A stretch of DNA of 64,000 nt from a bacterium BMS3Bbin13. GTDB taxonomy: Bacteria; Pseudomonadota; Gammaproteobacteria; 21-64-14. The position numbers were made by a program, and so were the translations under genes. Below are positions 1 to 10,436 of the stretch, in pieces (within the stretch, counting starts at the first letter, position 1; each line of letters begins with the position of its first letter). The DNA lies in contig BDTW01000024.1 in assembly GCA_002897735.1 (NCBI GenBank), positions 25,598 through 89,597 on the forward strand, in the 5' to 3' direction. A model generated the notes under the pieces. That model was given only the letters and a program-made list of their open reading frames with translations, did not search any database and was not told where the DNA came from.

Positions 1-28
1 CGGTTTTCCGACGGACCCGTGGCTTGGT

Positions 29-2110
29 ATGGACATCATCGATCTGAAACAGCCGGAGTTGTATTTCAACCGTGAGTTGAGTCTGCTGGAATTCAACCGC
101 CGCGTCCTGGCGCAGGCCCGGGACGAGGCTACGCCGCTCCTCGAACGGCTGCGCTTTCTGTGCATCGCCAGCACCAATCTGGATGAGTTTTTCGAGATCC
201 GGGTCGCGGGGCTGAAACAGCGCGTCGAACTGGGCGCCGTGCAGCCCTCGGGACCCGACAACCGCACCCCGCAGGAGATCCTCAAGGCCGTCAGCGGGCA
301 GGCCCACGATCTGATGGACGAGCAGTACCGCGTTCTCAACGAGGTGCTGATCCCGCGCCTCGCCGAACGGGAGATCCGTTTGATCCGGCGTACCGAGTGG
401 ACCGAGGCCCAGGAGGCCTGGGTGCACAAGTACTTCGAGGAGAGTCTCCTGCCGGTGCTCTCGCCGCTCGGTTTGGACCCCGCGCACCCGTTTCCGAGGA
501 TCCTCAATAAGAGTCTGAACTTCATCGTCTCGCTGGAGGGCCTGGATGCCTTCGGGCGCAGTGCCGAGGTGGCCGTCGCGCCGGCGCCGCGGGCGTTGCC
601 GCGCATCATCCAGTTGCCGATGGAGGAGAGCGGGAGCGGACCTTTCGACTTCGTTTTCCTCTCGTCCGTCATCCACGCCTATATCGATCAGCAATTCCCG
701 GGCATGCAGGTGACCGGTTGTTACCAGTTCCGCGTGACCCGCAACAGCGACCTGTTCGTGGACGAGGAGGAGATCGACGACCTGCTGCGGGCGGTGGAGG
801 GCGAACTCGCCTCGCGCCGTTACGGTGCCGCCGTGCGCCTGGAGGTGGCCCACGACTGCCCGGAGGACATAGTCGAATACCTGCTCCACAAGTTCCAACT
901 CGGGCGCGACGATCTCTACCAAGTCAACGGCCCGGTGAATCTCAACCGGCTGGCCGCGGTGTGCGACCTCGTGGATCGCCCGGATGTGAAGTACCCCGGC
1001 TTCACATCCGGCCTCCCCGCCCGCCTCATCGGGAGTCCGGACCTGTTCGAAGTCCTGCGCAAACAGGACCTGCTGCTGCATCATCCCTTCGAGTCGTTTC
1101 TCCCGGTGGTGGATCTCCTGCGCCAGGCGGCCGCCGATCCCGAGGTGCTGGCCATCAAGCAGACCCTGTACCGGACCGGCCCCGATTCTGCGATCGTCGA
1201 CGCCCTGGTGACGGCGGCGCAGGCCGGCAAGGAGGTGACCGTCGTCATCGAGCTGCGTGCGCGCTTCGACGAGGCGGCCAACATCGGGCTGGCCGAGCGC
1301 CTGCAGGAGGCGGGGGCGCATGTGGTCTACGGGATCGTCGGCTACAAGATGCACGCCAAGTTGATCCTGATCGTGCGCCGCGAGGGGCGTACGCTGCGCC
1401 GCTATACCCACCTCGGGACCGGCAACTACCATCCGCGCACGGCACGACTGTATACGGACTACGGCCTGTTCACCTCCGACCCCGTGATCGGCGACGACAT
1501 CCACCGCATCTTTCTGCAGTTGACCGGCGTAGGGCGCGCGCCGAAGATCCGCAAGGTGCTGGCCTCGCCGTTTGCGCTGCACGGGGCGATGTTGGAGCGG
1601 ATCGACCGCGAGGCGCGTCACGCCGCCGAGGGGCGGGCGTCGCGCATCATCGTCAAGGTCAACGCCCTGGTCGAGCCGCAGGTGATCCAGGCCCTGTACC
1701 GGGCGTCCATGGCGGGCGTGCGCGTGGACTTGATCGTGCGCGGGATCTGCTGTCTGCGCCCGGGGGTGCCGGGGGTGTCGGAGCGCATCCGCGTGCGCTC
1801 GGTGGTGGGTCGCTTCCTGGAGCATACCCGCGTCTACTATTTCCTGAACGGCGGTGAGAGCGAAGTGTTCTGCGCCAGCGCCGACTGGATGGATCGCAAC
1901 TTCTTCCGCCGCGTCGAGGCGTGTTTTCCCATCGAGTCGCGCGCGCTGCGCGAGCGGGTGATCAAGGAACTGAAGTTCTATTTGAAAGACAACACCCAGG
2001 CCTGGGTGTTGCAGAACGACGGCACTTACCATCGCCGCGCGCCGCGCTCCGGCGCCTCGGCATTCTCCGCGCAGCAGCGGCTGCTGGAGTTGCTGGCCTC
2101 CCCGGGATAG
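29..2110 (+). CDS. ppk: polyphosphate kinase 1
   Basis: 693-aa ORF. N-terminus MDIIDLKQPELYFNRELSLLEFNRRVL and the HAKLILIVRRE region are typical of PPK1. Length fits the family. Confidence 0.95.
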   Translation: MDIIDLKQPELYFNRELSLLEFNRRVLAQARDEATPLLERLRFLCIASTNLDEFFEIRVAGLKQRVELGAVQPSGPDNRTPQEILKAVSGQAHDLMDEQYRVLNEVLIPRLAEREIRLIRRTEWTEAQEAWVHKYFEESLLPVLSPLGLDPAHPFPRILNKSLNFIVSLEGLDAFGRSAEVAVAPAPRALPRIIQLPMEESGSGPFDFVFLSSVIHAYIDQQFPGMQVTGCYQFRVTRNSDLFVDEEEIDDLLRAVEGELASRRYGAAVRLEVAHDCPEDIVEYLLHKFQLGRDDLYQVNGPVNLNRLAAVCDLVDRPDVKYPGFTSGLPARLIGSPDLFEVLRKQDLLLHHPFESFLPVVDLLRQAAADPEVLAIKQTLYRTGPDSAIVDALVTAAQAGKEVTVVIELRARFDEAANIGLAERLQEAGAHVVYGIVGYKMHAKLILIVRREGRTLRRYTHLGTGNYHPRTARLYTDYGLFTSDPVIGDDIHRIFLQLTGVGRAPKIRKVLASPFALHGAMLERIDREARHAAEGRASRIIVKVNALVEPQVIQALYRASMAGVRVDLIVRGICCLRPGVPGVSERIRVRSVVGRFLEHTRVYYFLNGGESEVFCASADWMDRNFFRRVEACFPIESRALRERVIKELKFYLKDNTQAWVLQNDGTYHRRAPRSGASAFSAQQRLLELLASPG

Positions 2111-2175
2111 GGTTTCAGGGGGCCGCGCGACGCGCCCTCCGTTTCCTGCTCCCACTCGCCTCGCTACGAGCCCTT

Positions 2176-3834
2176 CTAGGAACAGTGCAGTTCGTACCCT
2201 GCGGCCTTGAGGTAGGCGGCCTCCTGTCCCAGATCCGCCTGGGTGAGGGGGTGTTGTTCCAGCCAGTCGTCGGGGAAAACCAGGGCGAGGGATTTTCCGG
2301 CGGCGATCAGACGCAGCGGCGGCGGGGGATGGGGGCTGCGGCTGCGATGCAGCACCACGGACAGGCGCAGCAGGATCGACAGCCGCGTGGCGTCGCGGAT
2401 CCACGAGGCGGGCAGTTGCGCGAGCGCCGCTGTGGGGAACCTGCGGCGGTGGGCGCGGACCACGGTCGCGAGCAGTATCTGATCGCGTCGCGAGAAGCCC
2501 GCCAGGTCCGCATTGGCCAGCACATAGGCGGCATGTTTGTGATGGCCGCTGTGGGCGATGCCCAGCCCGATCTCGTGCAGTCCGGCGGCCCACTCCAGGA
2601 GTCGCTCCGAGGTCTCTTCGTCCAGCGCCCAGGGCCCGGCCGTTTGCGCAATCAATTCCAGGGCCGTGCGGCGCACACGCTCCGCCTGGGCGGTGTCGAC
2701 GTTGTAGCGCGCCGCGAGGTTGGCTATGGTCCGGGCGCGCAGGCCGTCGTGCTCGTGGATGCGGCCGATCAGGTCGTAGAGCAGACCCTCGCGCAGCGCG
2801 CTGTCGGATATGCGCATGCGCTCGATGTCCAGGGCCTCGAAGGCGGCGGTCACCACGGCGACCCCGCCCGGGAAGACCGGCGCGCGCGTCGCGCTTACTC
2901 CGGGCAGCCGGATCCGGTCGACGCGGCCCGCCTTGAGCAGGGCATCACGCAGGCGCCGCAGCGCCTCCAGGGTGATCCCCGCATCGCTCCAGCCGGATTC
3001 GGTCACGGTTCGATAGACGGCACGCAGCGTGCCGGAGGCGCCGATGGCGTCGGCCCAGCCGAGCCTGCGGAAGATGGCCCTGTGGGGTTCGAGTTCACTG
3101 CGCGCGGCCAGGACCGCCCGCCGCCAGCGTTTGGCGCCGATCTGTCCGTCCGCGAAGTGCGCGCGGCTCATGTTCACGCAGCCCATGTACAGGCTTTCCA
3201 TGTGCAGCGGTTCGCTGCTCTCGCCGACGATCAGTTCCGTGCTGCCGCCGCCGATGTCCATGACCAGCCGTCGCCGCCCGTCGCCGGCGATACCGTGCGC
3301 GACGCCGGCATAGATCAGCCGCGCCTCCTCCACACCGGAGATGATCTCGATCGGATGCCCCAAGGCGCGCTCGGCGGCGTCGAGGAACTCCTTGGCATTG
3401 CGGGCGCTACGCAGGGTGTTGGTGCCGACCGCCCGCACGCTGCCCGGGGGCATGTGCCGCAGGCGCTGCCCGAAGCGTTCCAGGCAGCCGATGGCGCGTG
3501 TGGCCGCCTCGGGGGTGATCCGGCGGTCCTTGCCCAGGCCTCCGGCGAGCCGGACCATGTCGTGCAGGCGGTCGAGTACGTTGAGTTGCCCGTCGAGCAG
3601 GCGGGCGACCAGCATGTGGAAGCTGTTCGATCCGAGATCGACGGCGGCCACCGTTTCAGGCGGGGATTTCGGGGTGCGCGGCACGGTGTGGCGGCGGGTC
3701 GTGTGGTTCGTTGGATTCGGCGCCCATTCTGGGCGTTCCCGGGTCTTCGGGCAAGCGGTCGGGTCGGCCTGCATCCGGTGCGGCGGTACCGGCGGATCGA
3801 TCCGTATCGCCGATCGCCGGGTCCGCGCGCTCAA
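2176..3834 (-). CDS. ppx: exopolyphosphatase (Ppx/GppA family)
   Basis: ASKHA-fold motifs AAVDLGSNSFHMLVA and DIGGGSTE. HD-type C-terminal half. The TTG at 3834 overlaps the CHAD gene stop (TTGA). Alternative ATG at 3774, so the start is uncertain. Confidence 0.85.
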   Translation of the reverse strand: MSARTRRSAIRIDPPVPPHRMQADPTACPKTRERPEWAPNPTNHTTRRHTVPRTPKSPPETVAAVDLGSNSFHMLVARLLDGQLNVLDRLHDMVRLAGGLGKDRRITPEAATRAIGCLERFGQRLRHMPPGSVRAVGTNTLRSARNAKEFLDAAERALGHPIEIISGVEEARLIYAGVAHGIAGDGRRRLVMDIGGGSTELIVGESSEPLHMESLYMGCVNMSRAHFADGQIGAKRWRRAVLAARSELEPHRAIFRRLGWADAIGASGTLRAVYRTVTESGWSDAGITLEALRRLRDALLKAGRVDRIRLPGVSATRAPVFPGGVAVVTAAFEALDIERMRISDSALREGLLYDLIGRIHEHDGLRARTIANLAARYNVDTAQAERVRRTALELIAQTAGPWALDEETSERLLEWAAGLHEIGLGIAHSGHHKHAAYVLANADLAGFSRRDQILLATVVRAHRRRFPTAALAQLPASWIRDATRLSILLRLSVVLHRSRSPHPPPPLRLIAAGKSLALVFPDDWLEQHPLTQADLGQEAAYLKAAGYELHCS

Positions 3835-4853
3835 TCGTTTCGGGAGACCGCGCGCAACGCGGGCGCGGTATCGAAGGTGGTGAGCCGCGCCGCGACCCCG
3901 CGTGCCGCGTCGATCAGGTCTCGGTGGGTGCCGTGCGCGCGCAACGCGGCACGGCGCTCCGCTCGCCGCGCCGCGGCGGCTCGTGCCAGGGCGAGCAATC
4001 CGGGCAGCGGGTCGTCGTGACGCGCCAGGCGCAGTTGCGTCTCGGTGCCGGCGCCGAGCGCGATTTCCACCACACGCCGGCCGTAGGCCGCGGCGGCGTC
4101 CGGCGTCGCCGTGCGCAGCATATCCAACAACGTGCGGGTGTCCTGAAGGTCGCCCAGTTCATCTTGGAGCGATTTCAGCGCCGCGACCGTTTCGGCGGCG
4201 CCGGGTACCCCGGCCGGGATACCACCCGGCATCCGGGCGCAGAACGGTTCCAGCAGATAGCGCAAGCGCTTGCCTCGGATTCGCGCGCGGTGCGCCTGTC
4301 GGTCGTGGGCACCGGCATCGCGCATGACCAGGGCGCGTTCCAGGGCGTCGGCGTGGCTCAGGATCAACGCTCCGCTGACCGCCGCGAGCGATTCGACGCA
4401 GGTCCTCGTCGCACCCGCGGCCAGGCGCTCTCGCAGCCGGGCCTCGAGGCGTGGCCAGCAATGCCGGATACGCGTGCGTGCGCGCCGGTAGCCTCGGCTG
4501 CGTCGTGCCTCCAGGTACGCGGCCAGCCACCGTGCGCCGGGTTGTTCGCGGGGTTCGAGCGTCGGCAACCGCTCGCGCACCCATTCGAGACCGACCTCGG
4601 CGTCGCGTGCCGCATTGGTCGTCCGTGCCAAGCGACGCAGGCGTCGCATGAGCTTGCGGCCGGGTTCCAGCCATGGTGCGTAGGCCCGCAGGCATCCGCG
4701 CAGCCGCCGCAGGGCGACCCGGAAATCGTGCAGTGCCTCGGTGTCGGTCCCGCGCCGCAGCCGTTGCGCCGCGTCATGGACCTCTCCGGTGAGGGCGAGG
4801 GCGCGACGGCGTGCGCCCTCGATCGCGCACCGGCGCGGTCGATCGGGGTTCAT
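3831..4853 (-). CDS. CHAD domain-containing protein
   Basis: Helical, Arg/His-rich ORF with HDFRVALRRLRGCLRAY and KRLRYLLE motifs typical of CHAD. Sits between sixA-like and ppx with 4-nt overlaps. Confidence 0.75.
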   Translation of the reverse strand: MNPDRPRRCAIEGARRRALALTGEVHDAAQRLRRGTDTEALHDFRVALRRLRGCLRAYAPWLEPGRKLMRRLRRLARTTNAARDAEVGLEWVRERLPTLEPREQPGARWLAAYLEARRSRGYRRARTRIRHCWPRLEARLRERLAAGATRTCVESLAAVSGALILSHADALERALVMRDAGAHDRQAHRARIRGKRLRYLLEPFCARMPGGIPAGVPGAAETVAALKSLQDELGDLQDTRTLLDMLRTATPDAAAAYGRRVVEIALGAGTETQLRLARHDDPLPGLLALARAAAARRAERRAALRAHGTHRDLIDAARGVAARLTTFDTAPALRAVSRND

Positions 4854-5374
4854 CCGGCCTCTCCCAACCGGCGCAACAGGCGCGGCGTGAGGGCCCAGTG
4901 CAACTGCGCCTCACCCGGCCCCGCGGCTGCGGGAAACTCGAGCAGGCAGGCCGCCCCCTTTTTGAACTCCAGCGGTGCCGAGCCGGCACAGCCCATGCAC
5001 CATGCCACCCAACGCCCGAGATCCGGCTCGTGGCCCACGAGCACTACGGGGGCGGTGCCGGCGGCGTGGTGCCGCGTCCACTCGAGCAGCGCCCGAGGTT
5101 CGAATCCGGGCGCGAGGGTTTCGGTCTGCACCGGTCCCGGGGTCCCGGTCCCGTAAACGTGGGTGATGATCTGCGCCGTCTCGCGTGCCCGGACCAGGGG
5201 ACTGCAGGCCACGAGGCCCGGCTGCGGCAGGATCCGCCGCAGGCCGGCGGCGGCGAGTTCCATCTTGCGGCGCCCGTCGGGAGTCAACGCGCGTTGCGCG
5301 TCCGGATGCCGGGCGTGCAACGCCGCGTTGCGATCCTCGGCGATGGCATGGCGAACGACGGCAATGCGCAGCAT
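4850..5374 (-). CDS. sixA: SixA-type phosphohistidine phosphatase
   Basis: MLRIAVVRHAIAE (RH motif) and VVLVGHEPDLG (GHEP motif). Internal ATG at 5374 chosen because homology starts there. About 174 aa. Confidence 0.7.
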   Translation of the reverse strand: MLRIAVVRHAIAEDRNAALHARHPDAQRALTPDGRRKMELAAAGLRRILPQPGLVACSPLVRARETAQIITHVYGTGTPGPVQTETLAPGFEPRALLEWTRHHAAGTAPVVLVGHEPDLGRWVAWCMGCAGSAPLEFKKGAACLLEFPAAAGPGEAQLHWALTPRLLRRLGEAG

Positions 5375-5498
5375 GGAAGACGCCTCGTGATGCGGCCCCG
5401 GCCCCGGGGTGTATGCACCCCGGGCCGAGTGCCTCAGCATAGACGGCGCGGCGAGCGTCGGTCAATGCGCCCCGGCGGCCTGTCGGACCCGGCGCGGA

Positions 5499-6476
5499 TC
5501 AACCGATGCAGCACTCACGGATCGCCGGCATCGACTGTTCGACCGCTTGGATGCCGGCCGCGATCGCCTCGTCGGCCCGGTCGAATTCCATCAGCCCCAG
5601 GTGGCCCAGGCGCGGGCTGATCATCAGGTCGGGCGGGTCCCCGGCCATACGACTGCGGGTGATGCGATCCTGCATGATGTTCAGGGAACCGGACAGTACG
5701 TCGAACAGGCCGAGGGTCGGTACCCCGGGCGCATCGGACGGACCGATGAGCGCGGCGGTCCCGGCGCGCAGCGAGCCGGTGAACTGTGCGGCTAGTTGCG
5801 CGAGGAGGCCTTCTTCGATCGCGTCGGCGCCGGGATCGTGCGGCATCCGGGGGTTGCCTGCGCCGTCCGCACGCCGGGTGCGTCGCCCGACCAGATCACC
5901 GTTGAGATTGACCGCGATGACCACTTCCGCACCGAGCGCCCGGCATACCGATATCGGAACCGGATTGACCAGCCCGCCGTCCACCAGCCAGCGCCCGTCC
6001 CGGCGCACGGGGGCGAACAGCCCCGGCAGGGCGAACGAGGCGCGTACCGCATCGAGCAACGGGCCGCGCCCGAGCCAGACTTCCCGGCCGGTCCCGAGGT
6101 CCGTGGCGACCGCCGAGAACACCTTGGGCAGGGCCTCGATCGGGCTGTCGTAGGAGCGGCCGCGGAAGAAGCGCATCAGGCGCTCGCCCTGGATCAGACC
6201 ACCGCCCGTGAGGCGGACGTCGAGCAGCCGCACCACGTCGCGCCGGGTAAGGCTGCGCACCCAGCCCCCGAGTGCGTCGAGATCGCCCAGCGCATAGGCG
6301 CCGCCGATCAGCGCACCGATCGAGGTGCCGCAGACCACGCCGGGCTCCACCCCCGCACGGCGCAGGGCCTGGAGGACCCCGATATGCGCCCAGCCCCGCG
6401 CCGAACCGCTGCCGAGCGCGATGCCGACACGTGATCGCGTTCGCCCGTCCGGGGGCATGGTCGCGAAACCGCTCAT
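5499..6476 (-). CDS. patatin-like phospholipase (RssA-like)
   Basis: GSGSARGW oxyanion motif, GTSIG (GxSxG) nucleophile elbow and VDGG catalytic Asp motif. Confidence 0.85.
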   Translation of the reverse strand: MSGFATMPPDGRTRSRVGIALGSGSARGWAHIGVLQALRRAGVEPGVVCGTSIGALIGGAYALGDLDALGGWVRSLTRRDVVRLLDVRLTGGGLIQGERLMRFFRGRSYDSPIEALPKVFSAVATDLGTGREVWLGRGPLLDAVRASFALPGLFAPVRRDGRWLVDGGLVNPVPISVCRALGAEVVIAVNLNGDLVGRRTRRADGAGNPRMPHDPGADAIEEGLLAQLAAQFTGSLRAGTAALIGPSDAPGVPTLGLFDVLSGSLNIMQDRITRSRMAGDPPDLMISPRLGHLGLMEFDRADEAIAAGIQAVEQSMPAIRECCIG

Positions 6477-7267
6477 GTGGGATCTTCCCGGGCTCCGGTG
6501 CGCCGCGTCGCCGGATCCTGCCGATAAAATGTCTGGAATTGCCGGTACACCCCCGGGTGGGAACGCAGCAGCCGCGCGGGTGCGTCGAAGAACACTTCGC
6601 TGGCGATGGCGAAGAACTCCGCGGGGTTCTCGGCGCCGTAGGGATCGAGCGAGGGTGTGATCCCCGAGGCGATCTCGCCGCGCAGCGCGTCATAGGCCTG
6701 CATCAGGGTCTCGCTCCATGCCCCGGGATCCATCCCCCGGTGCAACGGCGGATGCCCGTTGGCGGAGCCGTCGAGCATGTCGAGTTTATGCGCGCACTCG
6801 TGGACGACCACGTTGCTCCCGGACCCGAACGGGCGGTCGCCGGGGCGGGCGTTTTCCCACGACAGGACCAGCGGTCCGCCATCCCAGGCCTCCCCCATCA
6901 GCGCGTGGCGCGTACGGTGCACGACGCCCGCCTCATCGCGTTCCTCGCGCCGCGCCACGAACGCCCCCGGATAGACGATCACCGAAGACCACCCCCGGTA
7001 CCAGTCGGAATCGAGGCCCAGGATCGGAACGGCGGCCTGAATCGCAATAGATAACGTCATCTGCGCGGTGACCTCGAGGCCCGCGCCGCCGTAGAAGCGT
7101 TTCCCACCCAGAAACAGGGTGGTGAGGTCGCGCAACCGGGCGATTTCTGCGGGGGTGAGGCCCTTGGCGAGGGTGCACGCCTGCACGGCGGCGCGCCACA
7201 CCGGATCCCGGACCGCGTAGCGGCGCAGGATACGCCGCCGTCGCCACTCCCCGAACACGTGCAGCAC
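6473..7267 (-). CDS. mtfA: MtfA-like zinc peptidase (M90 family)
   Basis: HECAHKLD zinc motif, and the YPGAFV...VVH...GEAW...GPLVLSW pattern resembles MtfA. GTG at 7267 gives 264 aa, close to E. coli MtfA length as I remember it. The ORF could extend to 7438. Confidence 0.7.
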   Translation of the reverse strand: MLHVFGEWRRRRILRRYAVRDPVWRAAVQACTLAKGLTPAEIARLRDLTTLFLGGKRFYGGAGLEVTAQMTLSIAIQAAVPILGLDSDWYRGWSSVIVYPGAFVARREERDEAGVVHRTRHALMGEAWDGGPLVLSWENARPGDRPFGSGSNVVVHECAHKLDMLDGSANGHPPLHRGMDPGAWSETLMQAYDALRGEIASGITPSLDPYGAENPAEFFAIASEVFFDAPARLLRSHPGVYRQFQTFYRQDPATRRTGAREDPT

Positions 7268-7475
7268 CTGATCCCCGCAAGCCCGTTCCTGCCGAATCCC
7301 GCCGCGACCGCCGGACCCCGTCCTCGACCGGTGTTGTGAAGCCGGCCTTCGCAAGACGGAGTCCGGGGATCGATCCCGAACGCTCCGGTATACCGGGCAG
7401 TATACCGGACGCGGGTCCGGGGCGGCCGCCGAGAGCATCGTCGTCGCGGACGCCGACAGGGGGAGGGAGGGGGGC

Positions 7476-7613
7476 CGAGCGGTATTCCTGCGTCATGGCT
7501 ACAGCCACTGGGACCTGGAGAATCGGCTCACCGGCTGGAGTGATGGGGATCTCTCGGTCCGGGGAGTACAGGAAGCCCTCGAGACCGGCCGGCTGCTACG
7601 GGAGGCGGGGGTG
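7476..7613 (+). pseudogene. remnant of the 5' end of a dPGM-type phosphoglycerate mutase (GpmA-like)
   Basis: Hand translation in frame 3 gives [46 protein letters not shown]. This matches the RHGESxWNxxNxFTGWxDxxLSxxG N-terminus of GpmA. No start codon lies upstream, and similarity stops after about 46 codons. Confidence 0.55.
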
Positions 7614-7779
7614 CGAACCCGCCTCGAGGGGGAGGCTGTCAGGCTGCCGGGAATTCCACTCATTCTAATATTCGGATATTCTGTTGACTCCGCAAGCGCG
7701 GGGCGCCATTCTTGGGCGCCGTCCCGCGGACCCGAATCGGGCGCCCGGCCCTTTCACCTTCCTGCAAAGCGAGTGCACC

Positions 7780-9066
7780 GTGACTCTCAATCGCCTGTTC
7801 TCCGTCGTCGCCCCGGTTTTCTGCTGGATCCTGGTGTTGCCGTCCTTGGCGTATGCCACCAACGGGTACCAACTGATGGGGATCGGCAGTTACCAGAAGA
7901 GTCTCGGCGGGGCGGTCACGGCGAATCCGGGTTCGGCGATGACGGCGATCACCAACCCGGCCGGGATGGCGCGTATCGGTACGCGCGCGGATTTCAGCAT
8001 GGAGGCGTTCCTGCCCTCGCGCAGTGTGGATTTCCGGGCCCAGGGCGGCGCGAAGGCGGACAGCGACACGCGCCTCTATGGCATTCCCTCCCTGGGGTGG
8101 ACCGCGCCGATCTCGCCGTCGCACCCGAACGTTTACTTCGGCGGGGGGATGTACGGTACCTCGGGCATGGGTGTGGATTATCCGGTCACGAATCTGAATT
8201 CGACCACCAGGGGGGGCACCTTCGTCGGCTACAGCAACGTGATGTTCTGGCAGATGGCGCCGACGCTGGCCTGGAACGTCAACCGCCGCCTGAGCGTCGG
8301 CGCGGCCCTCAATCTCGACTACCAGTCGGTCTCGCTGTTCCAGGAGATCCGTCAGCCGGGGGTGGGAACCTACCAGGTGGATCTCAGCCGCGGGGCCTCG
8401 GCGTTCGGAGTCGGAGTGGGTGTCGGCGTCCTCTATGATCTCACGCCGCATGTCACGCTCGGCCTGGCCTACAAGAGCAAGCAGTTCTTTCCGCGGTTCA
8501 AGTACCAGCTCCGCAATGGCGATGTGAATACGACGCTTGCCGGCGGCGAACCCGAGCAGCGCGGCACCTACACGCTCGGCCTGAACTACCCGCAACAGGT
8601 CGCCGTCGGCATGGCGGTGCGCCCGACCGGGCGCCTGACGTTGTCGGCGGACGTCAAGTGGATCAACTGGGCCGATACGATGAACCGCCTGGAGATCCAC
8701 GGCCCGGGCGGATTCCGCTTCGCCATCGACTCCGGCTGGTCCAACCAGACCGTGTTCGCGCTCGGTGCGGCCTACCGCGTGAACGATCGCCTGACCCTGC
8801 GCGCGGGCTACAATCATGGCAGTTCACCGATCGACGACGCGCACGCGAGCAGCAACCTGATTCTCCCGGCGGTGGTCGAGAACCATTTCGCGGTGGGTGG
8901 GAGCTACGCGCTCAATGCGCGCTGGGTGCTGAGCTTCCATTTCATGTACGCGCCGCGCGTGACCGTCACCGTACCGGCCGATGATCCGTTCGCGGCCCTG
9001 ATAGGTGGGGCGAAGACCTCGCTGAAGGAGTCTTCCGCGGGGCTCGATATCGGCTACCGCTTCTGA
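7780..9066 (+). CDS. outer-membrane transport protein, FadL/TodX (OMPP1) family
   Basis: Signal peptide [26 protein letters not shown], then a beta-strand-rich sequence with a C-terminal GLDIGYRF (terminal aromatic). GTG start at 7780 is inferred and no clear SD is present. Confidence 0.8.
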   Translation: MTLNRLFSVVAPVFCWILVLPSLAYATNGYQLMGIGSYQKSLGGAVTANPGSAMTAITNPAGMARIGTRADFSMEAFLPSRSVDFRAQGGAKADSDTRLYGIPSLGWTAPISPSHPNVYFGGGMYGTSGMGVDYPVTNLNSTTRGGTFVGYSNVMFWQMAPTLAWNVNRRLSVGAALNLDYQSVSLFQEIRQPGVGTYQVDLSRGASAFGVGVGVGVLYDLTPHVTLGLAYKSKQFFPRFKYQLRNGDVNTTLAGGEPEQRGTYTLGLNYPQQVAVGMAVRPTGRLTLSADVKWINWADTMNRLEIHGPGGFRFAIDSGWSNQTVFALGAAYRVNDRLTLRAGYNHGSSPIDDAHASSNLILPAVVENHFAVGGSYALNARWVLSFHFMYAPRVTVTVPADDPFAALIGGAKTSLKESSAGLDIGYRF

Positions 9067-9121
9067 CCCGGGGGTGACGCCCCGGCGCGTGCGCCGGGCC
9101 GTGCGCCTGCGCCGGCGGCGG

Positions 9122-10144
9122 TTACTCTCCGCCGCCGGGCTTTTCCTGATGACCGCCGAACTCGGCGCGCATCGCCGAGAGGACCTGCGCCGCAAAGCGG
9201 CCCTCGCCGCGTGAGGCGAAACGCTCGTAGAGCGCGGTGGTGAGCACCGGCGCGGGCGTTCCGGACTCGACCGCCGCGAGCACGGTCCAGCGTCCCTCCC
9301 CCGAGTCGGAGACGCGCCCGGAGTAGCCCTCGAGGGCCGGGTCGCGGGCCAGGGCGTCGGCGGTGAGGTCGAGCAGCCACGAGGCGATCACGGTGCCGCG
9401 TCGCCAGACCTCGGCGATCTCCGCCAGATCGAAGTCGTAGCGGTAGGCCTCGGGGTGCCGCAAGGGGGAGGTCTCGGCGTCGCGCTCGAAGTCGCGCTTG
9501 CCGACGTTGGCGTGCTTGAGTACGTCCAGGCCCTCGGCGAGCGCGGCCATCATTCCGTACTCGATGCCGTTGTGGACCATCTTCACGAAGTGGCCGGCAC
9601 CCGACGGACCGCAATGCAGGTAGCCCTCGGTCGCGGGACCGGCCTTGTCGCCGCGTCCCGGGGTCGGGGGCGCGGTCGCCACACCCGGTGCCAGCGCCGA
9701 GAAGGCCGGCTCGAGGTGTTTCACGGCGTCGTCGCCGCCGCCGATCATCAGACCGTAGCCGCGCTCCAGGCCCCAGACGCCGCCGCTCACTCCCACATCG
9801 AGATAGTGCAGGCCTCGTTCGGCGAGGCTCGCGCCGCGCTTGAGGTCGTCGCGGTAGTAGGAATTGCCTCCGTCGATCAGGATATCGCCCGGTTCCAGCA
9901 ACGGCGTAAGCTCGTCGATGAGCCCGTCCACCACTGCCACCGGCACCATCATCCAGAGGGCGCGCGGTTTTTGCAGCGCCGCGACCAGTTCCTGCAATGA
10001 ACCGGCGCCGCGCGCGCCCTCCTTCTCCAGGGTTCGGACCGCCTCGGGGCCGTGGTCGTAGACCACGCACTCGTGGCCCGCGTGCAGCAGCCTGCGCACC
10101 ATGTTGGCGCCCATGCGCCCCAAGCCGATCATGGCAATCTGCAT
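9122..10144 (-). CDS. gnd: 6-phosphogluconate dehydrogenase, decarboxylating (short Gnd/YqeC-like form)
   Basis: N-terminal Rossmann MQIAMIGLGRMGANMVRRL. GNSYYRDD and GxGHFVKMVHNGIEYG motifs. Confidence 0.85.
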   Translation of the reverse strand: MQIAMIGLGRMGANMVRRLLHAGHECVVYDHGPEAVRTLEKEGARGAGSLQELVAALQKPRALWMMVPVAVVDGLIDELTPLLEPGDILIDGGNSYYRDDLKRGASLAERGLHYLDVGVSGGVWGLERGYGLMIGGGDDAVKHLEPAFSALAPGVATAPPTPGRGDKAGPATEGYLHCGPSGAGHFVKMVHNGIEYGMMAALAEGLDVLKHANVGKRDFERDAETSPLRHPEAYRYDFDLAEIAEVWRRGTVIASWLLDLTADALARDPALEGYSGRVSDSGEGRWTVLAAVESGTPAPVLTTALYERFASRGEGRFAAQVLSAMRAEFGGHQEKPGGGE

Positions 10145-10436
10145 CGTGTCCTCCTCCTGTCGTGAATGCGTGTCGACGGGGATCGTGCATCACCCGCCGC
10201 GCCCTGACCTGACGCTTTGGGGGATCTCCGGATCGGCCCCCAAGCGTGCAACACTACACCGGTTAGACCCGACGAGGGCGATTGGTGCCGTAGCCATGGG
10301 TGCCGGGCGTCGCAGATCGGGACTCGGGCGGCGACGCCCGTGAGGGCGGCGCGCGTCCGTCGCCGGGTAGTTCGGAAACCTGCTCGAGCGCATCTCCGTT
10401 GCCGGTGGGTCCGCACCTGCCGAGGGGTGTGCGGGA

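Noticed and set aside
7611-8438. 275-aa ORF overlapping the 5' half of the FadL-type porin gene
   Set aside because: It is out of frame with a gene that has a clear signal peptide and beta-barrel terminus. Only its first codons continue the gpmA remnant frame.
10212-10246. Long imperfect hairpin CGCTTTGGGGG...CCCCCAAGCG downstream of the large oxidoreductase gene as a terminator
   Set aside because: It has no U-tract and one bulge. It is plausible but too weak to call from sequence alone.
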